Of a stretch of DNA of 64,000 nucleotides, positions 17,307 through 27,352 are shown one piece after another. The stretch is taken from NCBI GenBank assembly GCA_031459915.1, contig JAVKHO010000004.1, positions 1-64,000 on the forward strand. The letters run 5' to 3'. The stretch comes from Candidatus Tepidifontimicrobium thermophilum. GTDB taxonomy: Bacteria > Sysuimicrobiota > Sysuimicrobiia > Sysuimicrobiales > Sysuimicrobiaceae. A program made the translations under genes and the position numbers. Positions within the stretch are counted from its first letter, which is position 1; every line of letters starts with the position of its first letter. The notes below the pieces were generated by a model. It saw only the letters and a program-made list of their open reading frames with translations. It searched no databases and was not told the origin of the DNA.

Positions 17307-18563
17307 TCACTGGCCGCAGTACCGGCAGGGCGGGAAGTCCCGGCTGTACACGGGCTGCCGCAGGAACTCCTGCGGGTCGTACTTCCAGAACTGCGACACC
17401 CGCTCGTACGTGTAGATCACCGTGTTCTGCAGGATCCCGCCCCGCCGCTCCACCCGCCGAATGTACACGTTCTGAATCGGATTCCCGTACGCGTCCATGC
17501 TGATGGGACCCCGCGGCGCGTCCGCCACCCGCACCCGCCGCAGCGCCGACAGCAACGCCTCCTTGTCCTCTACGTTCCCCCGCAGCTGCACCAGCGCCTC
17601 GTACACCAGCCGCGCCGCCGTGTAGCTGTTCTCCGAGTAGTAAGAGGGCGGCCGCTGGAACTTCCGCGCATAAGCACTCGCAAAGGCCCGGTTCTCCGGC
17701 GTGTTCAGCGCCGCACTGTAGTGCAGCGGCGTCACGATGTCCAGCGCCTCGTCCCCCATCTGGTACAACACGTGCTCGTCCGTCAGCGTCCCCCCACCTA
17801 TCAGCGGAATCCGACCCTTCAAACCAAAGTCCCGATACTGCGCCAGAAACCGCAGCGCGTCCGCCCCAGAGAAAATCGCGTACACCGCATCTATGTCCCG
17901 CCGCAGCTGCGCCAAATACGGCCCATAGTCCGGAGCCCCAATCGGCGGCCAGAGCTTCTGCACCACCCGGCCCCCCAGCTCCTCAAACACCCGCTGGAAT
18001 CCCCCCACGTTCTCGTGCCCAAACGCAAAGTCATACCCAATCGTCGCCACCCGACGGTACCGCGTGTTCCGAATCACCCAGTCCCCAAACGGATGGTTCA
18101 CCTGACTGCTCGTCCACCCCAGCCGGACAATGTACGGCGAGCGGCGCCGCTGCGTAATGTCGTCCGCAGACACGATGGGGTACACCGTGGGAACCCGGCC
18201 GCTGTTCACGTAGTCCACCAGGGCCAGCCCCGAGGCCGCGCTCAGGGGGCCCACCAACAGGTGGACCCGGTCCTGCTCCACTAGCTTGCGGGCCTTCGTC
18301 AGGCTGTTGGCCGGGACGTTCACGTCGTCCTCCACCACGATCTCCACCCGCCGCCCGGCCACCGCGTTGCCCTTCTCCTCCCAGAACATCTGGAACCCGT
18401 TCACGGAGTCCCGCCCGTTGGCCGCGAACCCTCCCGTGATGGGGAAGATCAACCCGATCCGGATCGGCTCCCTCGTCTGGGACTGCGCCGGGAATCCCCC
18501 CGCAAGCCCCCACGTTACGAGCACCGCCAGTATGACCCCGCTCCACCGTAGGCGCCGCAGCAT
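17307..18563 (-). CDS. HAAT/LivJ-type ABC substrate-binding protein, resembling aromatic-acid-binding subfamily
   Basis: Signal peptide; IRIGLIFPITGGFA, VEDD, YDFAFGHE, APRGPISMD; start MLRRL at 18563. Confidence 0.9.
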   Translation of the reverse strand: MLRRLRWSGVILAVLVTWGLAGGFPAQSQTREPIRIGLIFPITGGFAANGRDSVNGFQMFWEEKGNAVAGRRVEIVVEDDVNVPANSLTKARKLVEQDRVHLLVGPLSAASGLALVDYVNSGRVPTVYPIVSADDITQRRRSPYIVRLGWTSSQVNHPFGDWVIRNTRYRRVATIGYDFAFGHENVGGFQRVFEELGGRVVQKLWPPIGAPDYGPYLAQLRRDIDAVYAIFSGADALRFLAQYRDFGLKGRIPLIGGGTLTDEHVLYQMGDEALDIVTPLHYSAALNTPENRAFASAYARKFQRPPSYYSENSYTAARLVYEALVQLRGNVEDKEALLSALRRVRVADAPRGPISMDAYGNPIQNVYIRRVERRGGILQNTVIYTYERVSQFWKYDPQEFLRQPVYSRDFPPCRYCGQ

Positions 18564-18604
18564 CTTCGTTCCTCCCTTCCGCTGGGATGTCGGACCGTAC
18601 ACGC

Positions 18605-19309
18605 TCACACGCCCAGGTACCGCTGCCGGACCCCTTCCGCCCGCCGCAACTCGTCCGGCGTCCCTTCGAACACCACCGTTCCCTTGCTCATCACGTACAC
18701 GTAGTCCGCCAGCCGGAGAGCCAGCGGCAGGTTCTGCTCCACCATGAGGATGGACAGGCCGCGCTCCTTCAGCCGCACCAGAGTCTCTGCCAGGTCCAGG
18801 ACCAGCTTCGGCGCCAGCCCTTCGGAGGGCTCGTCCATGAGCAGGAGCGTGGGGTTGGTCATGAGGGCGCGGGCGATGGCCAGCATCTGCTGCTCGCCGC
18901 CGCTCAGCTTGTTCCCCCGGTGGTGGGCCCGCTCCCGCAGCCGGGGGAACAGCTCGTAGACTCGACCGAGCGTCCAGGCATCTCCGCTGTCCGGTCGGGC
19001 TGCCACCACCAGGTTCTCCTCCACCGTCAGGGACGGGAAGATCCGCCTGCCCTGGGGGACCAGCCCGACCCCCATCCGCGCGATGACGTGGCTGGGCAGG
19101 TGAGTGATGTCCGTCCCGCGCAAGCGGATCCGCCCCGACCGGGGCGGGGTGAAGCCCACCACACTGCGGATCAGGGTCGTCTTGCCCACCCCGTTGCGGC
19201 CCAGCACGGCCACCAGCTGCCCCGGGGCGACCCGCAGGCTGACGCCCTGCAGGACGTAGCTGTCCCCGTAGTACGTGTGGACATCCTCCACCCGCAGCGC
19301 CTCGGTCAC
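18605..19309 (-). CDS. Branched-chain-type ABC ATPase (LivF-like)
   Basis: GRNGVGKT, LSGGEQQM, MDEPSEGLAP, VEQN. Confidence 0.93.
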   Translation of the reverse strand: MTEALRVEDVHTYYGDSYVLQGVSLRVAPGQLVAVLGRNGVGKTTLIRSVVGFTPPRSGRIRLRGTDITHLPSHVIARMGVGLVPQGRRIFPSLTVEENLVVAARPDSGDAWTLGRVYELFPRLRERAHHRGNKLSGGEQQMLAIARALMTNPTLLLMDEPSEGLAPKLVLDLAETLVRLKERGLSILMVEQNLPLALRLADYVYVMSKGTVVFEGTPDELRRAEGVRQRYLGV

Positions 19310-20058
19310 AGCTCGCCCACCCCCAGGTAGATGGCCTGCACCTCCGGGTTCCCCCGCACCTCGTCCACGGTCCCCTCCGCCAGGACGCGGCCGAAGTGCA
19401 GGACGGTGACCCGCTGCGCCACCTGGAAGGCCACGTCCATGTCGTGCTCGATCAGGAGCACTGTGATCTGGGGATCCAGTCCGGCAACCAGCCGCGTCAC
19501 CACCTGGGTTTCCGCGGGCGACAGCCCCGCGGTGGGCTCGTCCAGCAGGAGCAGCCGTGGCCGACCGGCCAGAGCCAGCACGATCTCCAGCTGCCGCTGC
19601 TCCCCGTACGACAGGCTGCCGATGGGCCAGTCCCGCTTCTCCCACAGCCCGAACTCTTCCAGGAGGCGGCGGGCGTCCTCCAGCGCCTGCCGGTGCTGCC
19701 AGGCTGCGCGGAAGGGGTCGTACTTCTCCCTCCGGAGCCCGAAGGCGGCCAGCAGGGCGTTCTCCAGCACCGTCAGGCGGGGGAACAGGTTGGTCACCTG
19801 GTACGTCCGGCCGATCCCCAGGGCCGTCCGCCGGTAGCTGGGCAGGTGCGTGATGTCCTGACCGAACAGGAGGATCCGGCCCGCCGTGGCCGGTACCTCT
19901 CCGCTCAGCAGGTGGAAGAGCGTGGTTTTGCCCGCGCCGTTCGGGCCGATGATGGCCCGGCGCTCCCCCTGGCGGACCTCCAGGTCCACCCCGTCCACCG
20001 CGCGGAGGCCGCCGTAGTGCTTCCGCAACTGCTCCGTCCGCAGGCAGACGGCACTCAT
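19306..20058 (-). CDS. Branched-chain-type ABC ATPase (LivG-like)
   Basis: GPNGAGKT, LSYGEQ, LDEPTAG, IEHDMD, YLG end. Confidence 0.93.
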   Translation of the reverse strand: MSAVCLRTEQLRKHYGGLRAVDGVDLEVRQGERRAIIGPNGAGKTTLFHLLSGEVPATAGRILLFGQDITHLPSYRRTALGIGRTYQVTNLFPRLTVLENALLAAFGLRREKYDPFRAAWQHRQALEDARRLLEEFGLWEKRDWPIGSLSYGEQRQLEIVLALAGRPRLLLLDEPTAGLSPAETQVVTRLVAGLDPQITVLLIEHDMDVAFQVAQRVTVLHFGRVLAEGTVDEVRGNPEVQAIYLGVGEL

Positions 20059-21044
20059 CGTTCCGCCACCGGCTCCTTGCCTGGCCCTGCCACGGGGGGC
20101 GTCACCGCGCGCCCTCGCCAGCGCGCCCACAGGGCTCGCGCTCCTCCCGCGACCCCCTGGGGTGCGTACATCACCGTCAGCACGAACACCACCCCGAGGA
20201 TCAGCATCCAGCGGTGGGTGTACGCGCTGACGAGGTTGCGCAGAAACACCACGATCCCCGCGCCCACCAGGGGCCCGAACAGGGTCCCGGCCCCACCCAG
20301 GATTACCATCAGCACCGCCTCCGCGCTGGCCGCGATGTGCAGGTCCGGCGGGCTCACGAACCGGTTGTAGAAGGCGTAGAGGGAGCCCGCCAGTCCCGCG
20401 AACGTCCCCGCCACCACGAAGGCCACGTAGCGGTGCAGCCAGGTGTTGTACCCCAGCATCCGCATCCGGCCCTCGCTCTCCCGGATCCCCCGCAGGCTCA
20501 AGCCGAAGGGAGACCGTACCAGCCGGTACAGGAGGAACGCGGCCAGGCAGAAGATCACCAGGATGAGGTAGTACAGGTGCTTGGGATCCGACGTGGACCA
20601 GGGCAGCCCCAGCTCCAGGGGCGGAATCCCGGGAAGCCCGTTGTCCCCTCCGGTGACCGACGACCACCGGTACGCCAGACCCCAGGTTCCCATGCCCAGG
20701 GCCAGGGTGATGATGAGGAAGTACACGCCTACCGCCCGGGTGGCCAGGAGCCCGTACACCGCCGCCAGCGCGGCCGCGGCAGCCACTCCCGCGGGAAAGG
20801 CGAGGGCCGGAGGTACCCGGTGCTGGGTGGTGAGGATCCCCACGGTGTACGCCGCGGCCCCGAAGTAGGCGGCGTGGCCGAAGGACGTCAGGCCCGTGTA
20901 ACCCGCCAGGAGGTCCAGGCTCATAGCGGAGAGGCCGTAGATCATGGTGAGCAGGACCAGGTGTGTGAAGTACAGGGGCAGTACCTGTGGCAGGGCTAGC
21001 GCCACCGCGGCTACCACCGCCCACCCCAGCCACCGAAGACCCAC
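20055..21044 (-). CDS. Branched-chain-type ABC permease (LivM-like)
   Basis: GYTGLTSFGHAAYFG, TGGDNGL, SPFG…IRE, GGAGTLFGP. Confidence 0.92.
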   Translation of the reverse strand: MGLRWLGWAVVAAVALALPQVLPLYFTHLVLLTMIYGLSAMSLDLLAGYTGLTSFGHAAYFGAAAYTVGILTTQHRVPPALAFPAGVAAAAALAAVYGLLATRAVGVYFLIITLALGMGTWGLAYRWSSVTGGDNGLPGIPPLELGLPWSTSDPKHLYYLILVIFCLAAFLLYRLVRSPFGLSLRGIRESEGRMRMLGYNTWLHRYVAFVVAGTFAGLAGSLYAFYNRFVSPPDLHIAASAEAVLMVILGGAGTLFGPLVGAGIVVFLRNLVSAYTHRWMLILGVVFVLTVMYAPQGVAGGARALWARWRGRAVTPPVAGPGKEPVAER

Positions 21045-21898
21045 TACGCCCTCCCGAACAGCCCCGTGGGCCGGATGGCCAGCACGATCGCCATGGGCAC
21101 GAACAGGGTGAAGTACGACAGCTCGGGGAACAGCGCCTTGCCCAAGTTGTCCAGCACGCCCACCAGCACGCTTCCCACCAGGGCCCCCTTGAGGCTGCCG
21201 AGCCCGCCGATGATGACCACCGCAAATGCGAGCGGCAGGACCTCGGAATCCACGCCGGGGTACACCCCGAGGAACGGACCTCCCATCACGCCCCCGAAGC
21301 CGGCCAGGGCGGCGCCCACGGCGAACATCCCGGTGAGGACCGGGTCCACGTGGATGCCGAGCCCCCGGGCCATCTCCTGGTCGTCCACCGCGGCCCGCAC
21401 GACGGCGCCCAACCGTGTGCGCTCCTGCAGCAGCCACAGGAACAGGGCCACGAGGACCCCCACGCCGATCACCGCCAGCCGGTAGGTGGGGAAGAAGGTA
21501 AGGCCCAGGTCCACCGAGCCCGCCAGGGCCCGAGGGGTGGGGAGTCGGTGGGGATCCCCTCCCCAGATCCACAGGGCCAGGTCCGCGAAGATGAAGGAGA
21601 ACCCCATGGTCAACAGGACCTGGGCCTGCTCCGCCCGGTAGAACCGGGACAGAAAGGCGCGCTGCATGACCACCCCCACCGCCGCCACGGTGAGGCTGCC
21701 GGCCAGCGCCGCCGCCAGGAAACTCTCCGTCGCCTGGACCACCGTGAGGGCCACGTAGGCGCCCAGGAGGTAGTAGGAGCCGTGCGCGATGTTCACGATG
21801 CGCATCAGCCCGAAGATCAGGGTGAGCCCGCTCGCCAGCAGGAAGAGAAGCGCAGCGAAGGAAAGGCCGTTCAGAAGCTGTGTGAGCCAGAACTGCAC
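21044..21898 (-). CDS. Branched-chain-type ABC permease (LivH-like)
   Basis: QLLNGL, GLTLIFGLMRIVNIAHG, IIGGLGS, RPTGLFG. Confidence 0.92.
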   Translation of the reverse strand: MQFWLTQLLNGLSFAALLFLLASGLTLIFGLMRIVNIAHGSYYLLGAYVALTVVQATESFLAAALAGSLTVAAVGVVMQRAFLSRFYRAEQAQVLLTMGFSFIFADLALWIWGGDPHRLPTPRALAGSVDLGLTFFPTYRLAVIGVGVLVALFLWLLQERTRLGAVVRAAVDDQEMARGLGIHVDPVLTGMFAVGAALAGFGGVMGGPFLGVYPGVDSEVLPLAFAVVIIGGLGSLKGALVGSVLVGVLDNLGKALFPELSYFTLFVPMAIVLAIRPTGLFGRA

Positions 21899-21926
21899 GC
21901 TGCCTCCTGAGAAGCCCCGAAGTCGC

Positions 21927-23627
21927 TCACGCGGACACCGGCTCCCCCAGCAGGGGCTCCGCCTGCCCGCTCTCCCACCACCGCTGCAGGAGCGGACTCT
22001 CCTCGGCCAGGTCCTCCGACCGGACCTCCACCAGCGCCGGGCGGCCTGCCTCCAGGGCGGCCTGAAGGGCACCCTCCAGCTCCTCGCCCTCCTCCACCCG
22101 CACGGCCCACACGCCGAACGCCTGCGCCAGCTGGAGGAAGTCCGGGTTGTGCAGGCGCGACCACACCTCCCGGCCGCCGTAGTACGCCTTCTGACGCGTG
22201 TGGATGCTGCCGAAGGCGAAGTTGTTCAGCACCACGCACAGCACGGGCAGCTGCTCCCGCACCGCGGTCTCCAGGTCCTGTACGGTCATCAGGAATCCGC
22301 CGTCGCCCGCCAGCACCACCACGCGGCTTTGCGGCCGGGCGAGCTGCACTCCGAGGCCTCCCGCGAGGCCGAACCCCATGGACCCGGAGTTGGGGTTGAA
22401 GTACACCCCGGGCTGCCGTGCCGGGAAGTACTGCGCGGCGTAGTGGATGTAGCTGCCGGAGTCCGTCACCAGACACGTGGCGTCGTCCGTCACGCGACGC
22501 AAGGCCCGGACCACGTCCCAGGGACGGACGGGTCGGCCCCCTGCAGGCCTGCGCCGCAGGCGTTCCTCCCACGCAGCCTTCGCGAGCCGGCAGCGCTCCG
22601 CCCACCCCGGGTCGGGCCGCACCCGGCCCGCCAGCCGCTCCACGAGACCCTCCAGGGCCAGGCGCGCGTCCCCCACCACCCCCACGTCCACCCGGTAGTT
22701 CCGGCCCACCACCGCGGGGTCGATGTCCACGTGGACCAGACGTGCGCCTGGCGCGGGCTGGAAAGTGAACTCGTCCGTGGTACGGTCCCACAGGCGCGTC
22801 CCCACGGCCAGAATCGCGTCCGCGTAACGGAGGGCGAACGCTGCGGCCGCCGAGCCCCCGTAGCCCATGGTGCCCAGGGCTAGCGGGTAGGTCTCCGCCA
22901 CGGGCTTCTTCTGCCACGTGGACACCACGGGCGCGCCGAGCAACTCCGCCAGGCGCACCGCGACCGCGCTGGCCCCGCTCATCCACACGCCCCCTCCCGC
23001 GATCAGCACGGGACGGCGCGCCTCCCGGAGGACCGCCGCAGCCCGATCTAGCGACCGCGCGTCCGGAGCCGGTGGGTGCAGAGGCCGGTATTGCTCAGGG
23101 GCCAGCACCTCCGCCTGGATCTCCACCTTGGCCAGGTCGTACGGGATGCTCACGTGGACCGGACCGGGGCGCCCGGTCTGGGCCAGCCTCAGAGCCTCCC
23201 ACAGAGCATCGGGGACCCGGTCCGCGCGCTGGACCTCCACGGAGAACTTGGTGATGGGGCGGAACACCTCGGCCAGGTCTGCTTCTTCGAAGGCCCCTTT
23301 CCACCGGTACTTCGTGGGGACCTGCCCCGTGATGCAGACCAGCGGCACCGACTCGATGAACGCGGCGGTGACCCCCATCACCAGGTTGGTCCCGCCCGGC
23401 GACCGGGTGCCCACGCACACCGCCGGCCGCCGGGCGGCCTTTCCGTAGCCCACCGCCATGAGGGCAGCCACCTGCTCGTGGCGCACCTGCACCAACCGGA
23501 CCCCGCCCTCCCGATCCAGAGTATCCAGGATCTCCATGAGGCCCGAGCCCGGCACCCCGGCCACGAAGCCCACCTCCTCCCGCGCCAGGGTGCGCGCCAC
23601 GAACTCGGCCACCGTCATCCGCGCCAT
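21927..23627 (-). CDS. Thiamine-diphosphate-dependent enzyme (ALS/decarboxylase superfamily)
   Basis: VRHEQ (Glu), GRPGPVH, GSMGFGL, GDGG…NN ThDP motif; start MARMT at 23627. Confidence 0.92.
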   Translation of the reverse strand: MARMTVAEFVARTLAREEVGFVAGVPGSGLMEILDTLDREGGVRLVQVRHEQVAALMAVGYGKAARRPAVCVGTRSPGGTNLVMGVTAAFIESVPLVCITGQVPTKYRWKGAFEEADLAEVFRPITKFSVEVQRADRVPDALWEALRLAQTGRPGPVHVSIPYDLAKVEIQAEVLAPEQYRPLHPPAPDARSLDRAAAVLREARRPVLIAGGGVWMSGASAVAVRLAELLGAPVVSTWQKKPVAETYPLALGTMGYGGSAAAAFALRYADAILAVGTRLWDRTTDEFTFQPAPGARLVHVDIDPAVVGRNYRVDVGVVGDARLALEGLVERLAGRVRPDPGWAERCRLAKAAWEERLRRRPAGGRPVRPWDVVRALRRVTDDATCLVTDSGSYIHYAAQYFPARQPGVYFNPNSGSMGFGLAGGLGVQLARPQSRVVVLAGDGGFLMTVQDLETAVREQLPVLCVVLNNFAFGSIHTRQKAYYGGREVWSRLHNPDFLQLAQAFGVWAVRVEEGEELEGALQAALEAGRPALVEVRSEDLAEESPLLQRWWESGQAEPLLGEPVSA

Positions 23628-23640
23628 GACCCCTCCAGGC

Positions 23641-24906
23641 TCAGGGCTCGCTGAACCAGTACTCCGGGTGCTCACACAGGGTGAACCGCACGGGCCCCTG
23701 GTCGGTGACGCACACGTTCTCCTCGAGCCGGACCGTCTGCTCCAGGCCCGGGAACCCGCTGAAGGTCTCGATGGCGAAGTACATGTTGGGCTTGATCTCC
23801 GCGGGGTACTTGAAGGAGTAGGCCCGCGAGATCCACATCCCCTCGTACAGGGACAGGCCGATGCTGTGCGCGAACTGCTGCAGGCTGACGCTCCCGTACT
23901 TGTCGTCGTCGTACTCCGGGAACTTCGCCGCCACGTCCGCGGTGGTCGCCCCGGGCCGTAGCGCTTCGATCCCCGCGTACAGGGAGTCGTAGCAGCGCTT
24001 GAACAGGTCCTTCTCCTTGGGCGTGGGCTTGGCCGCCACCTTCCAGCAGCGCACGAAATCGATGAAGTACCCCCCGGGTCCCACCGCGTTGATGTCCACG
24101 ATCATCAGGTCGCCCTGGCGGATGATCTTGTCGGTGTGCCACCGCCGGTAGGGGCTGGTGTTGCCCCCGCTGGCCACGATGATGTCGTACACGAAATCAA
24201 ACCCGCTCCGGTACAGGTACTCGTTGACCTTCGCGCACACTTCGGACTCGCGGACCCCGGGCTTGGCCCACTCGTGCATGGCCATCCACATGGCCGCGTC
24301 GCCGTGGGCGGCAGCGATCTTCAGGCATTCCAGCTCGTCGGGGGTCTTGATCACCCGGGCCGCGGACATGGCCGGCCACGCGTTCACGATGTTCAGGCCC
24401 AACCCGGTCAGGGCCTGGTAAGCCATCATGTCCATGACGTCGATGCCGATCCGCTCCTTGTGGACCCCGTTCTCCCGCAGCACGTCGTACACGCTCTGGG
24501 CCATCCGCTGGGCCATCTCCGGCTCCGCGCCCTCCGCCCACTTCCACGTGATGGCCGGCCGGATCTCCCCCTCCAGCCACGGCGCGTCGATCTGCGCGCA
24601 GACCATGTCGGAGCCCACCGTCTCAAAGAGGACGGGCTTCCCGTTGCGGGGCAGCACGCAGTAGCGGATGAAGATGTTGTTCTTCCAGTTCCCCTGCCAG
24701 ACTCCCGTGACGTACCGGACGTTCTCCCCGACGAACAGCACGAGCGCACCCAGGTCGTGCTTGTCCATCTGCTCGCGCGCCCGGGCCAGACGCTCGCGGC
24801 GCATCCGGGCGAAGTCGACCCGCGCCTGCCAGTCCGTGGCGGTGGTGCTGAACACCCGCCGCGGCTGGTACTCGTGGTACCCCTGAAGGAACTCGTGGTA
24901 CGCCAT
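23641..24906 (-). CDS. M24 family metallohydrolase (second copy)
   Basis: IVDIN…FIDFVR, AHSIG, AIET, RLEE. Confidence 0.9.
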   Translation of the reverse strand: MAYHEFLQGYHEYQPRRVFSTTATDWQARVDFARMRRERLARAREQMDKHDLGALVLFVGENVRYVTGVWQGNWKNNIFIRYCVLPRNGKPVLFETVGSDMVCAQIDAPWLEGEIRPAITWKWAEGAEPEMAQRMAQSVYDVLRENGVHKERIGIDVMDMMAYQALTGLGLNIVNAWPAMSAARVIKTPDELECLKIAAAHGDAAMWMAMHEWAKPGVRESEVCAKVNEYLYRSGFDFVYDIIVASGGNTSPYRRWHTDKIIRQGDLMIVDINAVGPGGYFIDFVRCWKVAAKPTPKEKDLFKRCYDSLYAGIEALRPGATTADVAAKFPEYDDDKYGSVSLQQFAHSIGLSLYEGMWISRAYSFKYPAEIKPNMYFAIETFSGFPGLEQTVRLEENVCVTDQGPVRFTLCEHPEYWFSEP

Positions 24907-24923
24907 GGCTCCCTCCTCCCGCC

Positions 24924-25928
24924 TCAGGGTTTGTTTCCTGCACCGTCGAGCCCGAGCAACCGTCGGGCCGTGCCCTCCAGCACCGCCCGTTCCTGCTCTT
25001 CCCCCAACCCGAGCCGCTGAACACGCCCCACGGGATCGTCGTCCGCCATGTCGTAGGGGGCATCGCTGCCGAGGATCATGCGCTGCACACCGACCGTGCG
25101 GACCACGTACGCCAGCGCCCCCTCCCCGTGCACCACCGTGTCGAAGTAGAAGTGGTCCAGGTAACCGGACGGGGGCCTGGGAATGGCGTCCTGCAGCTCC
25201 CGCCTGGAGCGGTGCGCGTGGTCCAGCCGCCCCAGCAGGAAGGGGAACACCCCGCCCCCGTGGGCCAGCACGACCCGCACGCGCGGCTGGCGATCCAACA
25301 GGCCCGAGTAGATCAGCCGCCCCACCAGGGCCGCGGTCTCCGTGGGAAACCCGATGGTGTTGAACAGGTGGAAGGGTGCCAGCACCTCCTCCCCGATGTA
25401 CGTGGTGGGGTGCACGAACACCGGAATCTCCAGCTCGACGGCCAGCTGCCAGACCGGTTCGAAGCCGGGGTCGTCCAGGTAGCGGCCGTTCACGCTGGTG
25501 GCCAGGTAGATCCCCCGCATCCCCAGCTCACGGACCGCCCGCTCGGTTTCCCGCAGCGCGGCCTCCACGTCCTGCAGGGGGAGCGTGGCCAGTCCCACAA
25601 ACCGGCGCGGCTGGCTGCGGCACACCTCCGCGATCCCGTCGTTGAAGGCGCGGGCCAGCTCGAGCCCCAGGCGCGGCGGCGCCCAGTACACCATGGGCGG
25701 CGACAGAGACAGAGCCTGGAGCGTGATCCCTCTGGCGTCCAGGTAGGCGAGCCGGGCCGGAAGGTCCACGAACTCCGGAAACAGCGGCACCGGGGGGTGC
25801 CCCGGGAGGAACAGCAGGGGCGTCAAGCCGTCCCGCTGGATCCCGGCGCCGTAGGGGCTCCCCTCGCGCTCCACGAGGTCCAGGAACGACTTCGGGAAGA
25901 AGTGGCTGTGGACGTCGATGGCGCTCAC
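24924..25928 (-). CDS. Amidohydrolase_2 family protein (ACMSD-like decarboxylase/hydratase)
   Basis: IDVHSH, FVHP, AHGGG, YFDTV, GSDAPY. Confidence 0.9.
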   Translation of the reverse strand: MSAIDVHSHFFPKSFLDLVEREGSPYGAGIQRDGLTPLLFLPGHPPVPLFPEFVDLPARLAYLDARGITLQALSLSPPMVYWAPPRLGLELARAFNDGIAEVCRSQPRRFVGLATLPLQDVEAALRETERAVRELGMRGIYLATSVNGRYLDDPGFEPVWQLAVELEIPVFVHPTTYIGEEVLAPFHLFNTIGFPTETAALVGRLIYSGLLDRQPRVRVVLAHGGGVFPFLLGRLDHAHRSRRELQDAIPRPPSGYLDHFYFDTVVHGEGALAYVVRTVGVQRMILGSDAPYDMADDDPVGRVQRLGLGEEQERAVLEGTARRLLGLDGAGNKP

Positions 25929-26974
25929 GTCAGGCTCCGCTCCGTCCTCGTCGTGGTCTCTTCCTGCTGTCCGTCCCCGGGCCAGGCTGGCCGGCCCTCG
26001 AACTCCTCCTCCACCCACCGGACCATGCGGGGGGACCGGGTGCGCACGTGCAGCTCGAACACATCCGGGCGGTTGTAGTGGCCCGCGAAGTCGTGCACCG
26101 TCCGCTCGTCCACGCACCGGTCGAGATCCACCTCCGCGTACAGGATCCCCTCCTCGGGTCCCATGGGGCCGGCCACCACCTCTCCGGAGGGGCCCACCAC
26201 GGACGACCCTCCCGACAGCTCGGGCCGGCCCAGAAACTCCCGGTCCTCCTCCGTGTACGCCAGCATCTCCCGCATCCGGTCGTCCACCGCGCCGCACGCG
26301 TTGATCACGAAGGCCTTCGCGGTGAAGGCGAAGGCCCGGCCGGCCAGCAGCGCCCGCTCCGACCGGCTCAACATCCGCCGGCCCGGCAGGTTGGGCCAGC
26401 TGGCTACGTGGATCATGGTGTGCTGGCTCAGCAACACGAACACCGCCAGGGGGTTCGAGTTCTCCCCGCAGATCAGCCCGCTGAGCCGACCGTACTCGGT
26501 GTCCAACACCCGTAGCCCTACAGGCAAGCCGGGTGCGTGCACCAGCCGCTCCCCCACGGTGGGCGTGAGCTTCCGGTGCACGTGCGCCACGCGCCCCCTG
26601 GGGCTGATGAAGAGCAGGGAGTTGTATAGAGTCCCTGCGGTGCCCGGCTCCTTCTCGCACGCCCCCACCACCACCCAGGCGCCTGCCCGCTTTGCGGCCT
26701 CCCCCAGCGCCTCCGTCTCAGGGCCCGGCACCGTGACGGCGTTGCGGAACAGACGCGCCGCGTACTCCCGGCTCCGCTCGCCCGTGGCGGGGTGGAAGTG
26801 GTACCAGAGGGGGTGGCCCGGGATGAAACCCTCCGGGAACCCGATCACCCGGGCCCCCGCCCGGCCGGCTTCCTCGATGAGGCGGCAGGCCTTCTCCACC
26901 GTGGGCTCCCGTTCCAGGAACACGGGAGCGGCCTGGACCGCGGCCACCTTCACACGCGGGAGCCGGTCCCCCAT
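25925..26974 (-). CDS. Nitrilase (intact Glu-Lys-Cys triad)
   Basis: KVAAVQAAPVFL, FPEGFIPG, HRKLTPT, ICGEN, DFAGHYNRPDVF. Confidence 0.92.
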   Translation of the reverse strand: MGDRLPRVKVAAVQAAPVFLEREPTVEKACRLIEEAGRAGARVIGFPEGFIPGHPLWYHFHPATGERSREYAARLFRNAVTVPGPETEALGEAAKRAGAWVVVGACEKEPGTAGTLYNSLLFISPRGRVAHVHRKLTPTVGERLVHAPGLPVGLRVLDTEYGRLSGLICGENSNPLAVFVLLSQHTMIHVASWPNLPGRRMLSRSERALLAGRAFAFTAKAFVINACGAVDDRMREMLAYTEEDREFLGRPELSGGSSVVGPSGEVVAGPMGPEEGILYAEVDLDRCVDERTVHDFAGHYNRPDVFELHVRTRSPRMVRWVEEEFEGRPAWPGDGQQEETTTRTERSLT

Positions 26975-26981
26975 GGCCCAC

Positions 26982-27341
26982 TCACCGCACCGGGGCGTAC
27001 GGCGACCACTCCTTGCTGCCCTTGCCCTCCACGAGGTCCTTGCTGCTGAGGAACGTGGTGTCCTCCAGGGCCCGCACCTCGTGCACCACCTCTGGAGGGA
27101 TGTGGATCACCCCGCCGGGTCCCACCTCCGCCTCCTCGTCCCCCACCCGGGCCCGCACCCGGCCCCGCAGCACGTAGATGATCTGCTCGTTGGGGTGCTT
27201 GTGCGGGTCCGCACCGGTGCCCGCCTCCATGCGGTACAGGCCCACCTCGATCTTCTGGCCCCGCACGGTGCCGCCGAAGGCCGTGGAGTAGTGGGGCGAG
27301 ATGGTCTCCTGCTGCAGCTCCTCAAACCGGTAGAAGGGCAT
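26982..27341 (-). CDS. Cupin-domain protein
   Basis: HKHPNEQ…VHEV metal motif; start MPFYRF at 27341 after GGAGG. Confidence 0.88.
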   Translation of the reverse strand: MPFYRFEELQQETISPHYSTAFGGTVRGQKIEVGLYRMEAGTGADPHKHPNEQIIYVLRGRVRARVGDEEAEVGPGGVIHIPPEVVHEVRALEDTTFLSSKDLVEGKGSKEWSPYAPVR

Positions 27342-27352
27342 CCCTGGACCTC

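Noticed and set aside
12353..23627. TauE plus ThDP enzyme as a sulfoacetaldehyde (Xsc) desulfonation pathway
   Set aside because: No Pta or taurine/isethionate enzymes are recognised, TauE-family proteins export varied anions, and the ThDP enzyme cannot be assigned to Xsc by eye.
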